Below are positions 1 through 13,084 of a stretch of 64,000 nt of DNA, one piece after another (positions within the stretch are counted from its first letter, which is position 1; the number at the start of each line of letters is the position of its first letter). Source of the stretch: Octopus sinensis (Eukaryota); assembly GCF_006345805.1 (NCBI RefSeq), contig NC_043007.1, forward strand, positions 24,800,001 through 24,864,000, read 5' to 3'. The position numbers and the translations under genes are program-made. The notes under the pieces were generated by a model. That model was not told the origin of the DNA. It worked only from the letters and a program-made list of their open reading frames with translations, and searched no databases.

Positions 1-497
1 GCTCGAAACATATGCATTTACACACATTTTAAGACGAGGTTAATAGTTTGGAAAAATTATATAATTTGAATGAAAAATGTCATAATTCTTGCATTTTCAG
101 TAATCTAGAAAGAACATTCCAATTCTAATGAAATCCGTTGGATAATATATATTCAATGAAAATTGTGATGGGGAAACAGCTAAGTAATGGGAGATGGGGA
201 AAGGGATATAAGAAGATGAGGAGGATGGTGAGGGTATGTTCGTGGTTTTCTTCTGTTACTACTGAGATAACATACAGAAAGAGCAGGGTGCGGAGAGTCC
301 TTTGAAAGTGTATCAATAGGATGTTTTGTTTAGGATATCTCATGGATTTTCGCCACGATTATATGCTTGTACATACACATACATATATCTCCACCCCACC
401 CCCTACTCACATACATACATGTACACATGCATGCATATGCATTTATTATAGGTATTAAGAGTTAGAGATTACAATTCATGCATGCATTCATACATGC

Positions 498-1079
<582 letters not shown>

Positions 1080-1376
1080 GGGGGTCATCATAAATCCTTC
1101 GAGACAAGGAGAAGTTGAGTTTTTATAGATAACAGTAGGCTCAAATTGGATTATGAACAGACTGTCTCATGTGATCTATTTGGAGGCTGCAATTGGTTAG
1201 GTTGCATATTGGTATGATAGTATAAGAAACAAATTGTGCCAATACCAACCAATCAGAGTGGTGGACACAACAGGGTCCAAATCACATCCAAAGGTTAACT
1301 GTTATCTGCTATGTTCGGATATATGTATATATAATAAAGGAGAGAGGTATACACTACACTTGTATATGTATTGTGT

Positions 1377-1697
1377 GAGGGCGCGTGGCTTAGTGGTTAG
1401 GGCATTCGGCTCATGATCGTAAGGTTGTGAGTTCGATTCCCGGCGACGCGTTGTGTCCTTGAGCAAGACACTTTATTTCACGTTGCTCCAGTCCACTCAG
1501 CTGGCAAAAATGAGTTGTACTTGTATTTCAAAGGGTCAGCCTTGTCACTCTCTGTGTCACGCTGATTATCCCCGAGAACTACGTTAAGGGTACACGTGTC
1601 TGTGGAATGCTCAGCCATTTGCACGTTAATTTCACGAGCAAGCTGTTCCATTGATCGTATCAGCTGGGACCCTCGTCGTCGTAACCGGCGGAGTCTT
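1377..1697 (+). mobile_element. tRNA-derived SINE with a different head but the same 3' half as the 40508 family; older copy at ~18610-18915(-)
   Basis: GGCGCGTGGCTTAGTGG..GTTCGATTCC..GTGTCCTTGAGCAAGACACTT; TSD ATATGTATTGT (1364, 1702). Confidence 0.88.
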
Positions 1698-1828
1698 TAA
1701 GATATGTATTGTTGAAGCTAATGGATGTGTCATGAAAATATCATATCATTAAATTAACATTTCATTTTTCATTTTTCTATAATAACGATAGTACATTAAA
1801 TGTATATTATGTGTCTTGAAGAGGGTAT

Positions 1829-2165
1829 ATAGGCAGAATTATTAGAGCAAGGTTACTGTATTGGCAGAATTGCTAAAGCAAGGGTGGTATATTCACAGAA
1901 TTGCTAAAACAAGGGTGGTGTATTGACAAAGTTGTTAGAGTAAGGGTAGTGCATTGACAGAATTGTTTAAGCAAGGGTGGTGTATTGGCAGAATTGTTTG
2001 AGCAGGGGTGATGCATTGGTGGAATTGCTGGAGCAAGGGTGCTGTATTGCCAGAATTGTTAGATCAAAGGTGGTGCATTGGCAGAATTGCTAGAGCAAGA
2101 GTGGTGCATTGGCAGAATTGTGAAAGCAAGGATAGTGTATTGGCAGAATTACTAAAACAAAGTAA
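1829..2165. repeat. 31-bp minisatellite, about 11 units
   Basis: Unit approximately GGTGGTGTATTGGCAGAATTGCTAGAGCAAG; CAGAATT recurs every 31 nt. Confidence 0.9.
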
Positions 2166-2802
2166 GGGCGGTGTGGATGATTTTCACATTGTTGATGTTA
2201 AAATCATCATCATCACTGATGTTAAATGATGATGATGACGATGATGATTTTAACACTATAAGAAACAATATATAATGCATAAGTTTTTTTTTTAACAAAC
2301 TAGAAAAAAATATATAAATACTTTGCCAGATCATAAATGTCAATGACCATTTAAAGAAGAAAAAACATGCGCAATAAAATAGTAAAAAAGGGCTTTAGAA
2401 GATCTTTACTCAAACACTGCTGTCTTGTAACAACATGCATTAAGACTGAATGTATACAACAACAACAACAACATCAAAAACAAAGTAATTTTTGTTGCAA
2501 AAAGAAAACAAAGCAAAAAAAAAAAAAAGAAACAAAGAAACAAAGAAAAGCAAAATGAAAGAGTCGTGAGCTGACTTAATACAACAGATGCACTTTTACA
2601 ACCAGGACTGGTAAAGTTCAAAGGTCAGATTTATAAAAAGTGAAAAAAAAAAAAAAATTCAATTATTTATTTGAAAGTTCTCAGAAGAGATATTTATGAA
2701 TAGATATGTATGTCTGTCCCATGACAAGATCTAGACAAGATCAAAACAACCAATAATTTATTACAAAATATCTCCAGCTCTATCACCATCATCACTATCA
2801 CT

Positions 2803-2846
<44 letters not shown>

Positions 2847-3625
2847 TTAGAGCCCATGTTCCGTGCTGGCTTGGATTGGACATTTTGATAGGATCTGATG
2901 GATCCAAGCACTGCACCATGTTCCAGTATCGAGCTCCTTTGACTAACTGGGAGGAAGTATTTGAGAGGAGATGGCATTATGCCAGATGCCAAAGGGGCTG
3001 ATGTATGATAGAAGGACAAGCAATAGATTAGAATTTGGTAATATTACTCTTTTACTTGTTTCAGTCATTTGACTGTGGTCATGCTGCAGCACTGCTCTTA
3101 GTCAAGCAAATTGATCTCAGGACTTATTCTTTGTAAGCCTAGTACTTATTCTGTCAGTCTCTTTTGCCGAACCACTAAGTTACAGGGGACATAAACGCAG
3201 CAGCATCAGTTGTCAAGCGATGATGGGGGGGGGGACAAACAAAGACACAAACACATATATACATATATACGACAGGTTTCTTTCAGTTTCTGTCAACCAA
3301 ATTCACTCACAAGGCTTTGGTCAGCCCGAGACTATAGCAGAAGACACTTGCCTAAGGTGCCATGCATTGGGACTGAACCCGGAACCATGTGTTTCGTAAG
3401 CAAGCTACTTACCACACAGCCACTCCTACAGGCAAAATGCTTGGTAGCATTTCGTCCATCTTTATGCCTTTCATCCTTTTAGGGTCAATAAAATAAGTAC
3501 CAGATGATCACAGGAGCCTGATGTAATCAATTTACCCACAGCACCTGAAATTACTGGCCTTATGCCATAATTTGCAATCAATAATATTTATTAATGATTC
3601 AATTAGAGAAAGAGACCACGAACTT

Positions 3626-4765
3626 GGAGAAAATAATCAGAGTGATTTATGCACTTGTCTTGTTGTGTATGCACTGGAGATTCACCCTGGAAGGGTCAAG
3701 CTGGCTCCTATTGAGTTCACCGTGTTACAGGTCAAAGCAGTCTGTGCAAGTCTGTCGGTGGTTGATTCTGGAGTATGTTGAAACCGTACCCAATTCCAAC
3801 AACAAATCCCAAAGACTCGAGGGCTGAAAATAATCAGAGTGATTTATGCACTTGTCTTGTCTTGTAATGGCATTCATCCAGGAAGGCTCAATCATCATCA
3901 TCATCATCATCATCGTTTAACGTCCGTTCTCCATGCTAGCATGGGTTGGACGGTTCGACCGGGGATCTGGGAAGCCAGAAGGCTGCACCAGGCTCCAGTC
4001 TTATCTGGCAATGTTTCTACAGCTGGATGCCCTTCCTAACGCCAACCACTCCGCGAGTGTAGTGGGTGCTTTTTACGTGCCACCCGCACAGGTGCCAGGC
4101 GAGGCTGGCAACGGCCACGGTCAGATTGGTGCATTTTACGTGCCACCGGCACGGAAGCCAGTTGAGGCGGCGCTGGCATCGGCCACAATTCGGATAGTGC
4201 TTTTTACGTACCACCAGTCCAGGGGTCCTGGCATCTGGCGGGTGCCAGTCATAGGATTGACTGGCTCGTATTAAATTCACAGTGTGAGTTACGAGTCAAA
4301 GCAGTCCATGCACATCTGTCGGCGGTTGATTCTACAGTGTGCTGACGCTATTCCCAGTTCCAACGACAAATGCCAAAGACTCGAGGGCTGAAAATTAGCT
4401 CCATGTCTGCTTTGACTGTTGTGAACCAGATCTTCAGCTGATCAACTTCCCACTAATGCCAATGCAGAGGAGGGTCTGGTGCTATCACCTACTGGATGAG
4501 TTCATCATGGGGTGCCACAATGCATGACCAAATCACCGTAGTCTCCTAGCCAGAAGAGTTCCCTCAAGAGGTGAGAGACAACAGCAGGCGTAAAGTTGTC
4601 ATTTGAAATACAGTCTGAGATATGCAGTCAAAGAATGCCATCTTCTGGAGATCAACCAAAGTGTGTTGCTGATCTCCAGAAGCTGGAAGTCTTCGACTGC
4701 TTCTGTATTCATTGTCTTCTTCTGATCTGTGCACGCCAGTATGAGATTTATCAATTCTTAAGAGG
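3626..4765 (-). mobile_element. RTE LINE 3' end, same clade, with a tandemly duplicated terminal ~200 bp and a nested insertion
   Basis: RLR*FGHALWHPHDELIQ..QLKIWFTTVKADME; 3626-3826 is repeated at 3826-4395 around the 3893-4260 insertion. Confidence 0.7.
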
Positions 4766-5874
4766 AGTGCAGTCATCATCATCGTTGTCGTCATCATTTA
4801 ACATCCGCCTTCCATGCTGGCATGGGTTGGATGATTTGACAGGAACTAGCCAGGAAGAAGACTACCCCAGGCTACTGTGTCTGTTTTAGCAAGTTCTTTA
4901 CAGTTGGATGCTTTTCCTAACACCAACCACCCGATTATATAATCGATCATTGCATCAATGCTTTTGCCAGTGAGGACTGCATCACATTCCAGTGTCTGCT
5001 CTAGCATGGTTTCTGCATTGGACATACTCTTTCTAACACCAACCACTTTACAACATGTTCTTTGTGTTATATTCATATCACCAGCACTGTGAAGTTACTG
5101 TGCAGCTCACATCATCATCATCATCATCATCGTTTAACATCCACTTTCCATGCTAGCATGGGTTGGACGATTTTGACTGAAGGCTGCCGAACCAGATGGC
5201 TGCACCAGACTCCAATCTTGATCGGGGAGAATTTCTACAGCTGGATACCCGTCCTAACACCAACCACTCCGAGAGTGTAGTGGGTGTTTTTTACATGCCA
5301 GTCAGGTGGTACTGCCAATGACCTTGCTCGAATCTTTTTTCACATGCCACCGGCACAGGTGCCAGTAAGGCGACGTTGGTAAAAATCTGAACAAGGAATA
5401 TTCTAGTAGATTGAGCAGCCAAATAGTGGCTTTGTCATTGGCACAGATGGTGATGATTATGATGTTGATGGTAGGGGTCATGGCCTATAAGATGTGGGAT
5501 TCAGTCAGTATACTGGTTTAAGCTGGAGAGTCGTAGAGGGTGTTGAGACTATCTCCTGGGCACCCACACTTGAAAAAAAAAACAACATCCTCCACGGCCC
5601 TTCTTGAATTTTGAAAAGAATTGAGATGAGAAAGAAACCCGAAAGCATGCTTGTTCCATTTTGCCTAATTTCTCTGAAAAGCCCAGGTAGTGATAGTAAA
5701 TTGAAATAATTTAAAATTAGTCTTCTACCTCACAAATGCCTTTATGTTTGATCTCTTGACCCGAAGGAAAGTAACCCAAGAACTTCTCTGCTTAGCCATT
5801 CTACCCCTCCACCAACACCATCACCACTAAACATCAAACACAATGGTAATTCAATAGAAAATGTGTTTACTTAC

Positions 5875-6015
5875 AATAGTAGTTTGGTGGTTAAAATGAA
5901 TGAGAAGAGCAACTTGTCTTTCTCAAATAATGACCGACAGACATTGCAATAGAGGTTGTAGGTGAAATGTTCGGACAGGTAACGAAGACGCTTCTCCAGG
6001 ATCTTTGATTTATTA
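5875..6015 (-). CDS. DNAH12: DNAH12-like exon 12 (last in window)
   Basis: ttgcag|T..TT|gtaagt; [46 protein letters not shown]; '[14 protein letters not shown]' is recalled as DNAH12-type (orthology not verified by phylogeny); 141 nt. Confidence 0.93.
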
Positions 6016-6471
6016 CTGCAAAAGCAAAATGATAATATTAATAATAAGGCGGCAAGCTGGCAGAAGCATTAGCATCTCGGGCAAAATGTTTAGCGGTATT
6101 TTGCCTGTCTTTACGTTCTGAGTTCAAATTCCACCAAGGTCGACTTTGCCTTTCACCCTTTCGGAGTTGATAAATTAAGTACCAGTTGCATACTGGGGTC
6201 GATCTAATTGTCTGGGTCCCCTCCCCCAAAATTTTGGGCCTTGCGCCTAGAGTAGAAAAGAATATTAATATTTGTTTTATACTGTGGCAAAAAGCCAGTA
6301 GAATTTTCTAGCAGGGACAGGCAAGTCATTTACTTTGATTCCGGCACTTGACTGGGCCCTGTTTTTATCAACCCTAAAAGGATAAAAGGAAAAGTAAATT
6401 TTTGTGGAGTTTTAACTCAGAACATAACGAGTTGAAACAAATGCCATAAAGCATATTGTCCTTGAACATAC

Positions 6472-6644
6472 CTGTCATGGATTGATGTAATATAGAGGTT
6501 GACGAACCAGGTGAGAGAGTATTGGTACATAGGATCGATGTTTGGAAGATCAGCAATGGAGAAGAAGAGTGTCGAAGAGTGTTTAGCAATTGGTCGATAA
6601 CCAGCTCTTGAGGCATTAATTTTCTTTTCTGTCTCCTCAGCCAC
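6472..6644 (-). CDS. DNAH12: DNAH12-like exon 11
   Basis: ttccag|GTG..AG|gtatgt; VAEETEKKINASRAGYRPIAKHSSTLFFSIADLPNIDPMYQYSLTWFVNLYITSIHD(S); 173 nt. Confidence 0.96.
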
Positions 6645-6949
6645 CTGGAAAACAGAAGAGACACAAGATTGGCTTGGTGCAATGATGTATTGCCATCAGT
6701 CGTTCAATAAGAACTCTGGCTGCTATATATTTCATCTTTGAAATGCATGAAGGAAATTATGAGAAACTTAAGAGCAGGTATGGTTGCGTAGTTAAGAAGC
6801 TCACTTCGGAATCACCTGGTTTCATATTCAGAGTTCCACAGCATGACACCTTGGGCAAGTGTCTCCTACATTAGAGCTGGGTGGGCCAACCAATTCCTTC
6901 TGAGTGAATTTAGGAGATAGAAAATGTGAGGAGGCCCATTGTTCATATA

Positions 6950-6989
<40 letters not shown>

Positions 6990-7055
6990 AATTTTTTGCG
7001 TAACAAGATAAAAAAACCAAGGCTGTATAGATATTAGAGCATTTATAGATAAAAG

Positions 7056-7107
7056 GTCTTACAGCTGTTTCTAGGATATTAATTAATAATATCTCTTCAT
7101 CGGAGAC
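7056..7107 (-). ncRNA. Hammerhead motif (CCGAUGA variant) in a Penelope-like repeat at ~6988-7145 flanked by (TA)n
   Basis: GTCT-CCGATGA-..GATATTA/TAATATC..-GAA-ACAGCTGT-A-AGAC. Confidence 0.7.
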
Positions 7108-7141
7108 GGTGTGAGTGGAAAATTAAGTCATAATTAGTTTA

Positions 7142-7185
<44 letters not shown>

Positions 7186-7524
7186 TACATATGACGTATA
7201 TACATTATATATACATACACATATATATATATACATACTCACACACTATATATATACATACACATGTATGCACACATACATGCATACACATGTTATTCTT
7301 TTACAATAAATTTTGTTGACAGTGACTTCAAAGTTTCAGCCTGCTATTCTTTAGGTTGAAACTTCAAAGTCACTATCAACACAAAGCTCCTCTTTTGTCA
7401 TCTATGATTTTATTTTTGATCTTCTATATAAATGAAAATATTTCCTCCGTCTGACTGCTTTTCTCTCCACAAAACGGAAAGCTACATTGCAGAACAGTCG
7501 TTTTCACGAGTTATATTTATTTAT

Positions 7525-7626
7525 CACCTGATGAGATACGTCTGCACCACCAGATGCTCCTGAACCAGTTGTTGAGTGTCCCACCCAAGCGGAATCGATG
7601 CTAGATGTGTCGAAACAATTGTTGTG
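7525..7626 (+). ncRNA. Type I hammerhead ribozyme with intact core and extended stem II, in a Penelope-like terminal repeat
   Basis: CAC-CTGATGA-GATACGTCTG...TAGATGTGTC-GAA-ACAATTGT-T-GTG; palindromic stem III ACAATTGT; AATAAA follows. Confidence 0.8.
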
Positions 7627-8332
7627 GCTATTAATAAATTCTCATATATTCCATCTTCTGTCTTTCGTTGTCTGTCTGTCTGTATGTATGTATGTGTGTG
7701 TGTATGTATGTATGGATGGATACACACACACACATATACACGCAGATAGACAAATAGAAAGATCATGTTTCCACACAGTTTCTTATTTCTTTATTGCCCA
7801 CAAGGGGCTAAACACAGACGGAACAAAAGGACAGACAAATGGATTAAGTCGATTATATCGACTCCGGTGTGTAACTGGTACTTATTTAATCAACCCCAAA
7901 AGGATGAAAGGCAAAGTCAACTTTGGTGGAATTTGAACTCAGAATGTAGTGGCAGACGAAATAACACTAAGTATTTTGTCCGGCTGTGCTAACGATTCTG
8001 CCAGCTTGACGCCTTCCACACAGTTTCTGCCTACCAAAATCACTCACAAGGCTTTGGACAGCCCAGGGTTACAGTAGACAAGACTTGCTCAACGTGGGCT
8101 GAACTTGAAACAACACAGTCGCAAAGCAAGTTTCTTAAAAGCAAATCCAAGCTTGTCTCTATTTATATAACAAAGAGAAATAAAAACTGAAAATTTTTAC
8201 AGAAACTCAAAATAAATTATTGAAAATAAAAGACATAATTTGAAAAATGTTTGTGTATCATATTACAATCATTTCATATTCAAAAGTTTCAGCTCATATG
8301 ACACACACACACACACACAATATATATATATA

Positions 8333-8374
<42 letters not shown>

Positions 8375-8504
8375 CATATATATATATATATATACACACC
8401 CACATGGTTATTTAACTGGAAACTGTTGCTGTTGTTAGTTGATTATGAAGAGAGGGGGAGAGAGTGAGAGGGAGGAAGGGAGAGATAGAGATTACCGAGA
8501 GATA

Positions 8505-8557
<53 letters not shown>

Positions 8558-9499
8558 ATACACACATATATTATTGTTAAATTCCCATTTACCATCATTT
8601 TTGTATACATTATTTTGATATGGAAATTTTCACACCAAATCAAGAGGAGTGAGAGAGTGTGTGAGAGAGAGAGAGAGAAAGAGAAAGAGAGGGAGGAGTA
8701 TCTCACACTATCATTCATAGAGAGTGAGATACTGTGATAAAGTCTTGTGGAGTTGTGGTGGAATGGTGATAGTGGTGGTGGAGTATCAAATACTGATAGA
8801 AAGAAATAAGAAATATTGTGTTACTGTATAATTTCTATGCTGTACTCTGTGTGTATGTGTGTGTGTATGGTAAAGCATTTTTTGTGAGGATGTTTAAGAA
8901 CTCAAAATTGATGTTAACGACCATTGGTGAATTCATGAATTCAAAAATTGTCAAAGCAGGTGTCAACGACATTCATTAACAAATCTTTTGTTACAAATCG
9001 CCATAAACTTTGACCTCTTATAACAAAAAAGAAAAAAAAATGAAATAAACGTCATAAATAAATTCTGAATTGATGAGAAATGGGGATGATGCCTCTATCT
9101 TATTCTGAATCTATACAGAAACCAGAATACACTGTCACCATCTATCAAACTACATCATCATCATCACCACCACCACCACCACCACCACCATCCTTCTTCT
9201 CCTCATCATCACCACAATCAGTGATAAGGCAATGGGCTGACAGAATCATAAGAATGTCAGAAAAAAAAAATGCTGTGTGATATTTGTTCTGGCTCTTTAC
9301 ATTTTGAGTTCAAATCCCTTTAAGGCCGACTTTGTCGTTTATCCCTCCTGAGTCAATAAAATAAAATACCAGTCAAGTACTGGGGTTGGTGTAATTGACT
9401 TCTCCCTCCCCTCAAAAACCTACTGGCTCCATGTTAAAATTTCAAGCCATTATTATTATTACTATTAATTATTATTATAATAATTATTATTATTACTAT

Positions 9500-9745
9500 T
9501 GTCACTCCAAAAAGCTCTATCTGCGACGATTTCATCTCAATCGAAGGAGAGGGGCTTTCTCTGTCCGGGTTGCGGATCCGTGGAATAAGCTGCCGGACGA
9601 GATAGTGAAGATGCCAACGACCGCTCGATTCAAAGTCTCCCTTGACCACAAGTGGCCTGAACTCTTTACATGAACACCACCCTGTACATAACTCCATGTC
9701 CCCCTACATGGCCTTGCTTTTTGAGCCAAAAAATTTACTAATTAT
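9500..9745 (+). mobile_element. CR1-clade LINE 3' end
   Basis: HSKKLYLRRFHLNRRRGAFSVRVADPWNKLPDEIV..FKVSLD (CR1 'FSxRVxxxWNxLP' motif). Confidence 0.8.
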
Positions 9746-10017
9746 TATTATTATTATTATATTGTTGTTATTATTGTTGTTGTTATTGTTGTTGTTATTG
9801 TTATTATTATTATTATTATTATTAGGGCAGCAAGCTGGCAGAATAATTAGCTTGTTGGGTTAAATGCTTAGCAGCATTTCATTTGTCTTCATGTTCTGAG
9901 TTCAACCTCCACCAGGGTGAACTTTGCGTTTCATCCTTTTGGGGTCAATAAAATAAGTATCAAGCTGAGCACTGGGGCCGATGTAACCTCCCTCAAAATT
10001 GCTGGCCTTGTGTCAAA

Positions 10018-10053
<36 letters not shown>

Positions 10054-10319
10054 TTTCCTTTTTTCTTCAAATTATTATTATTATCATTATTATTATTACT
10101 ATTATTATTATCACTATTGTTCATATGCCACTGACTTTGCCATTCCTTCTTCCAGGGTCAATAAAGTAAGAACCAACCAAGCACTAGGGTCGATTTCATC
10201 TACTAGACCCCCTCATGGCTTCCCAGACCCCAGTTGAACTGTCCAACCCATCCCAGCATGGAAAACGGACGTTAAACGATGATAATGATGTGCCAAAATA
10301 AAAGAAATTATTATCATTG

Positions 10320-10865
10320 TGAGAGCAGTGCATGCCAACAAACTGACCCTGGGATACAAATATATGAAGCCCAATATACTTACTATGACTACCTGTCTGT
10401 TAAGGGTACATCAGGCACATGCATCACAACCACAGGTGTGCTATATAATGATCTCAAGATAAACAGTGCATAATCTTGCAGTTAAGGGCCCAGTTAGAAT
10501 TTTCTTCAAGTTGAGTAGCCTATCCCACTCAAAAGGTCTATGAATAAGAGTTGTTTAAAGATAATGAACAAAACACCCATTTTTCCAGAGGTGAATTATC
10601 CAAACCCCAAAGAATTCCTCTCAACACATGGCTATGATGCTCCCCCTCTACTTCTGCTTGTGATCAGAAATGCACATATCCTCGACCACCAAGGGACATG
10701 CTCAACTGGTTATGGTCAAACAACTGACAAGGAAATCTGTGGTATTGAGCAGAATATTTGCTGTAGGCCGTCTTTTATATCAAGACAAAACAATGCACAT
10801 GATAACACTTCCAATCAGTTAAGATGAGAAACCATGAGAACCACTGCCTGGTGTTGCATGCATCT
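10320..10865 (+). mobile_element. Interspersed repeat ending in (TTA)n (retroposon 3' UTR-like); 3' part repeated at ~24157-24352
   Basis: Shared AAGGGACATGCTCAACTG..ATTGAGCAGAATAT..CAGTTAAGAT..CCACTGCCT. Confidence 0.6.
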
Positions 10866-10900
10866 ATCATTATTGCTATTGTCATCATCATTATTATTAT

Positions 10901-11555
10901 TCAAATGCCATCAAGTTTGACTTTCATTCTTTTGAGGCTGATAAAATAAGTATCAATTGATCACTGGGTCAATTAAATCAACTAGCTCCTTCCCTCAAAA
11001 TATTTCAGGCCTTGTAATTATTATTATTATAAATCATCATTATAATCAGTAATAAAAGAAAAGAAATCGCCAATATAATTATTATTTTAAAAGATAGATT
11101 TTTGAAAATTTTTTTAAAATATATTTTCCCTTCAAATTTGTGACATTTTCTAATTTTTCACTCTCTTTCTGAAAATTGTTTTGAAAAATTTTGTCAGAAA
11201 TTGCCAGCAGATTGTAAAATATAAATAATATTCAAATGCCATCAAGCTTGACTTCGCCTTTCGTCCTTTTGGGTTGGTGAACGAAGTATCAGTTGACCTT
11301 TGGGGTCAATTAAATCAACTAGCTCCTTACCTCAAAAAATTTCAGGCATGGTAATTATTATTATTATTATATATCATTATTATCAGTAATAAAAGAAAAG
11401 AAATCATCATTATAATTATTATTTTAAAAGATAGATTTTTGAAAATTTTTGAAAATATATTTTTCCTTCAAATTTGTGTCATTTTCTTATTTTTCTCTCT
11501 CTTTCTGCAATCTGTTTTGAAAAATTTCGTCGGAAATTGCCAGCAGATTGTAAAA
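10901..11555. repeat. Local tandem duplication, period about 331 bp
   Basis: TCAAATGCCATCAAG at 10901 and 11232; both units end GAAATTGCCAGCAGATTGTAAAA. Confidence 0.9.
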
Positions 11556-11716
11556 GATAAATGCTGGAAAATACTACATCATATTTGTCAGTCAAATTGT
11601 TTACAAATCATTCAAGATCTAATTAACCATCTGCTATGATGGAATTATGGGAGCAATGACAAATAAAGAGAATAAATTTCTTTTGCTCTCTCTCTCTCTC
11701 TCTTTTTCACTCTGCC

Positions 11717-11747
<31 letters not shown>

Positions 11748-11884
11748 GTTAAATGTTAACTGTTAAATTCCTTTACACAATAATTAATTACACCTGCTGG
11801 CTCAGTCAGTTCCTGCAACTCTCTGGAATTGATTGATGGTCACCGTGTTTCTTCCTCAGCCTTTTGATCCACACACGCACGCAT

Positions 11885-11916
<32 letters not shown>

Positions 11917-12394
11917 CTACATTGGATCTGGCACTACTGGTTTCTAATTCTATGCAATTGTCATTTGATAGAAACCATATTTTTACAGATATAAATTCTG
12001 TCTTCTGATTGAATTCTTACTTTGGAAACACTTTCTCTTTTTCTCCTTTTCCTACTCTCTCTTTTACCTTCTCTCCCCCTCTCTTGCTTTTTTCCTTCTC
12101 TCTCTCTCTCTCTCTCTCTCTTTTACTTTTTCTTTCATTCTTACCTGAATAAAACAATAAAATGTTTCCAGTTAATTTTTCATAGAAATAATATATTCGA
12201 AATGAAACCAGTGAAAAATAATAAGAAAGTTTGTTTGATCTACACAGCAAGAATGGTTAGAAAGGGGTTAAATATCTAAGGTTGTTGGTCGGAGATTGAT
12301 ATCTAGTAATGGAATACTGGCAAAACAACAACAGCAACAAATAATGATGATGACGATGATGATGATAATAATGATAATAATAATAATAATAATA

Positions 12395-12601
12395 ATTCAG
12401 ACAAATACATAACAAAAATACCAGGACTTACAAACACATATAACAAACAGAAAATTGCACTACTAGGCACTGCACACATCCTACGCAGAACACTTTCCAT
12501 ACAATAACCATCAGAGCATCACAACAAATCACAGCACATACCTAAGGCACACAGAGCTGCGCTCGGTAGTGAAGTGAAAGCACGCTATAAAAATAAAACT
12601 A

Positions 12602-12604
<3 letters not shown>
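12395..12604 (+). mobile_element. Dong-like 3' tip, same family as 42951-43526
   Basis: DKYITKIPGLTNTYNKQKIALLGTAHILRRTLSIQ* plus a shared 3' UTR ending ACTACTG(AAT)n. Confidence 0.85.
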
Positions 12605-12651
<47 letters not shown>

Positions 12652-12672
12652 TAATAATAATAATGATAATAA

Positions 12673-13040
12673 TTAGCACTATGACCCAGCAATGCTGGGT
12701 CATAGTGCTAGTGCATGCATATACAGCTGCGTGCGTGCGCACATACACGCGAGTACTGTCCAAATCTCCAACCAATCACATACAGCTAGCTGGCATTCAA
12801 TTGGCGTATCAAGTTTCGGGCATTTTGATTGGGTTTTGGATAGAAAATTCACAAAAAAGTCACTTCTATTGATATTTTAATGGCTTTGCAGGGTGACTGG
12901 GGAAATGTAAAGATGTGCACGACCACTCTTGGACGGTTTTGAATGACCATAGAAAGTGCGAGCCCTATAACTGAAAAATTGCAGATTTGTATAAAGGACA
13001 CACACACAGATAGGCATTTTGCCGCTTATATATATAGAGA
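12673..13040 (-). mobile_element. Non-autonomous Helitron, copy 1
   Basis: Minus strand A|TCTCTATATATATAA... with terminal palindrome GCACTATGACCC..GGGTCATAGTGC-TA(A/G)|T; near-identical to 27633-27997. Confidence 0.8.
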
Positions 13041-13084
13041 TAATAATAATAATGATGATAATAATAATAACAATAATGGTAAGT

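Noticed and set aside
7524-7672. Extra alternative dynein exon on the minus strand (AG..GT bounded open frame)
   Set aside because: The peptide is not dynein-like, exons 10 and 11 already join in frame, and the region is better explained by the hammerhead pLTR on the plus strand.
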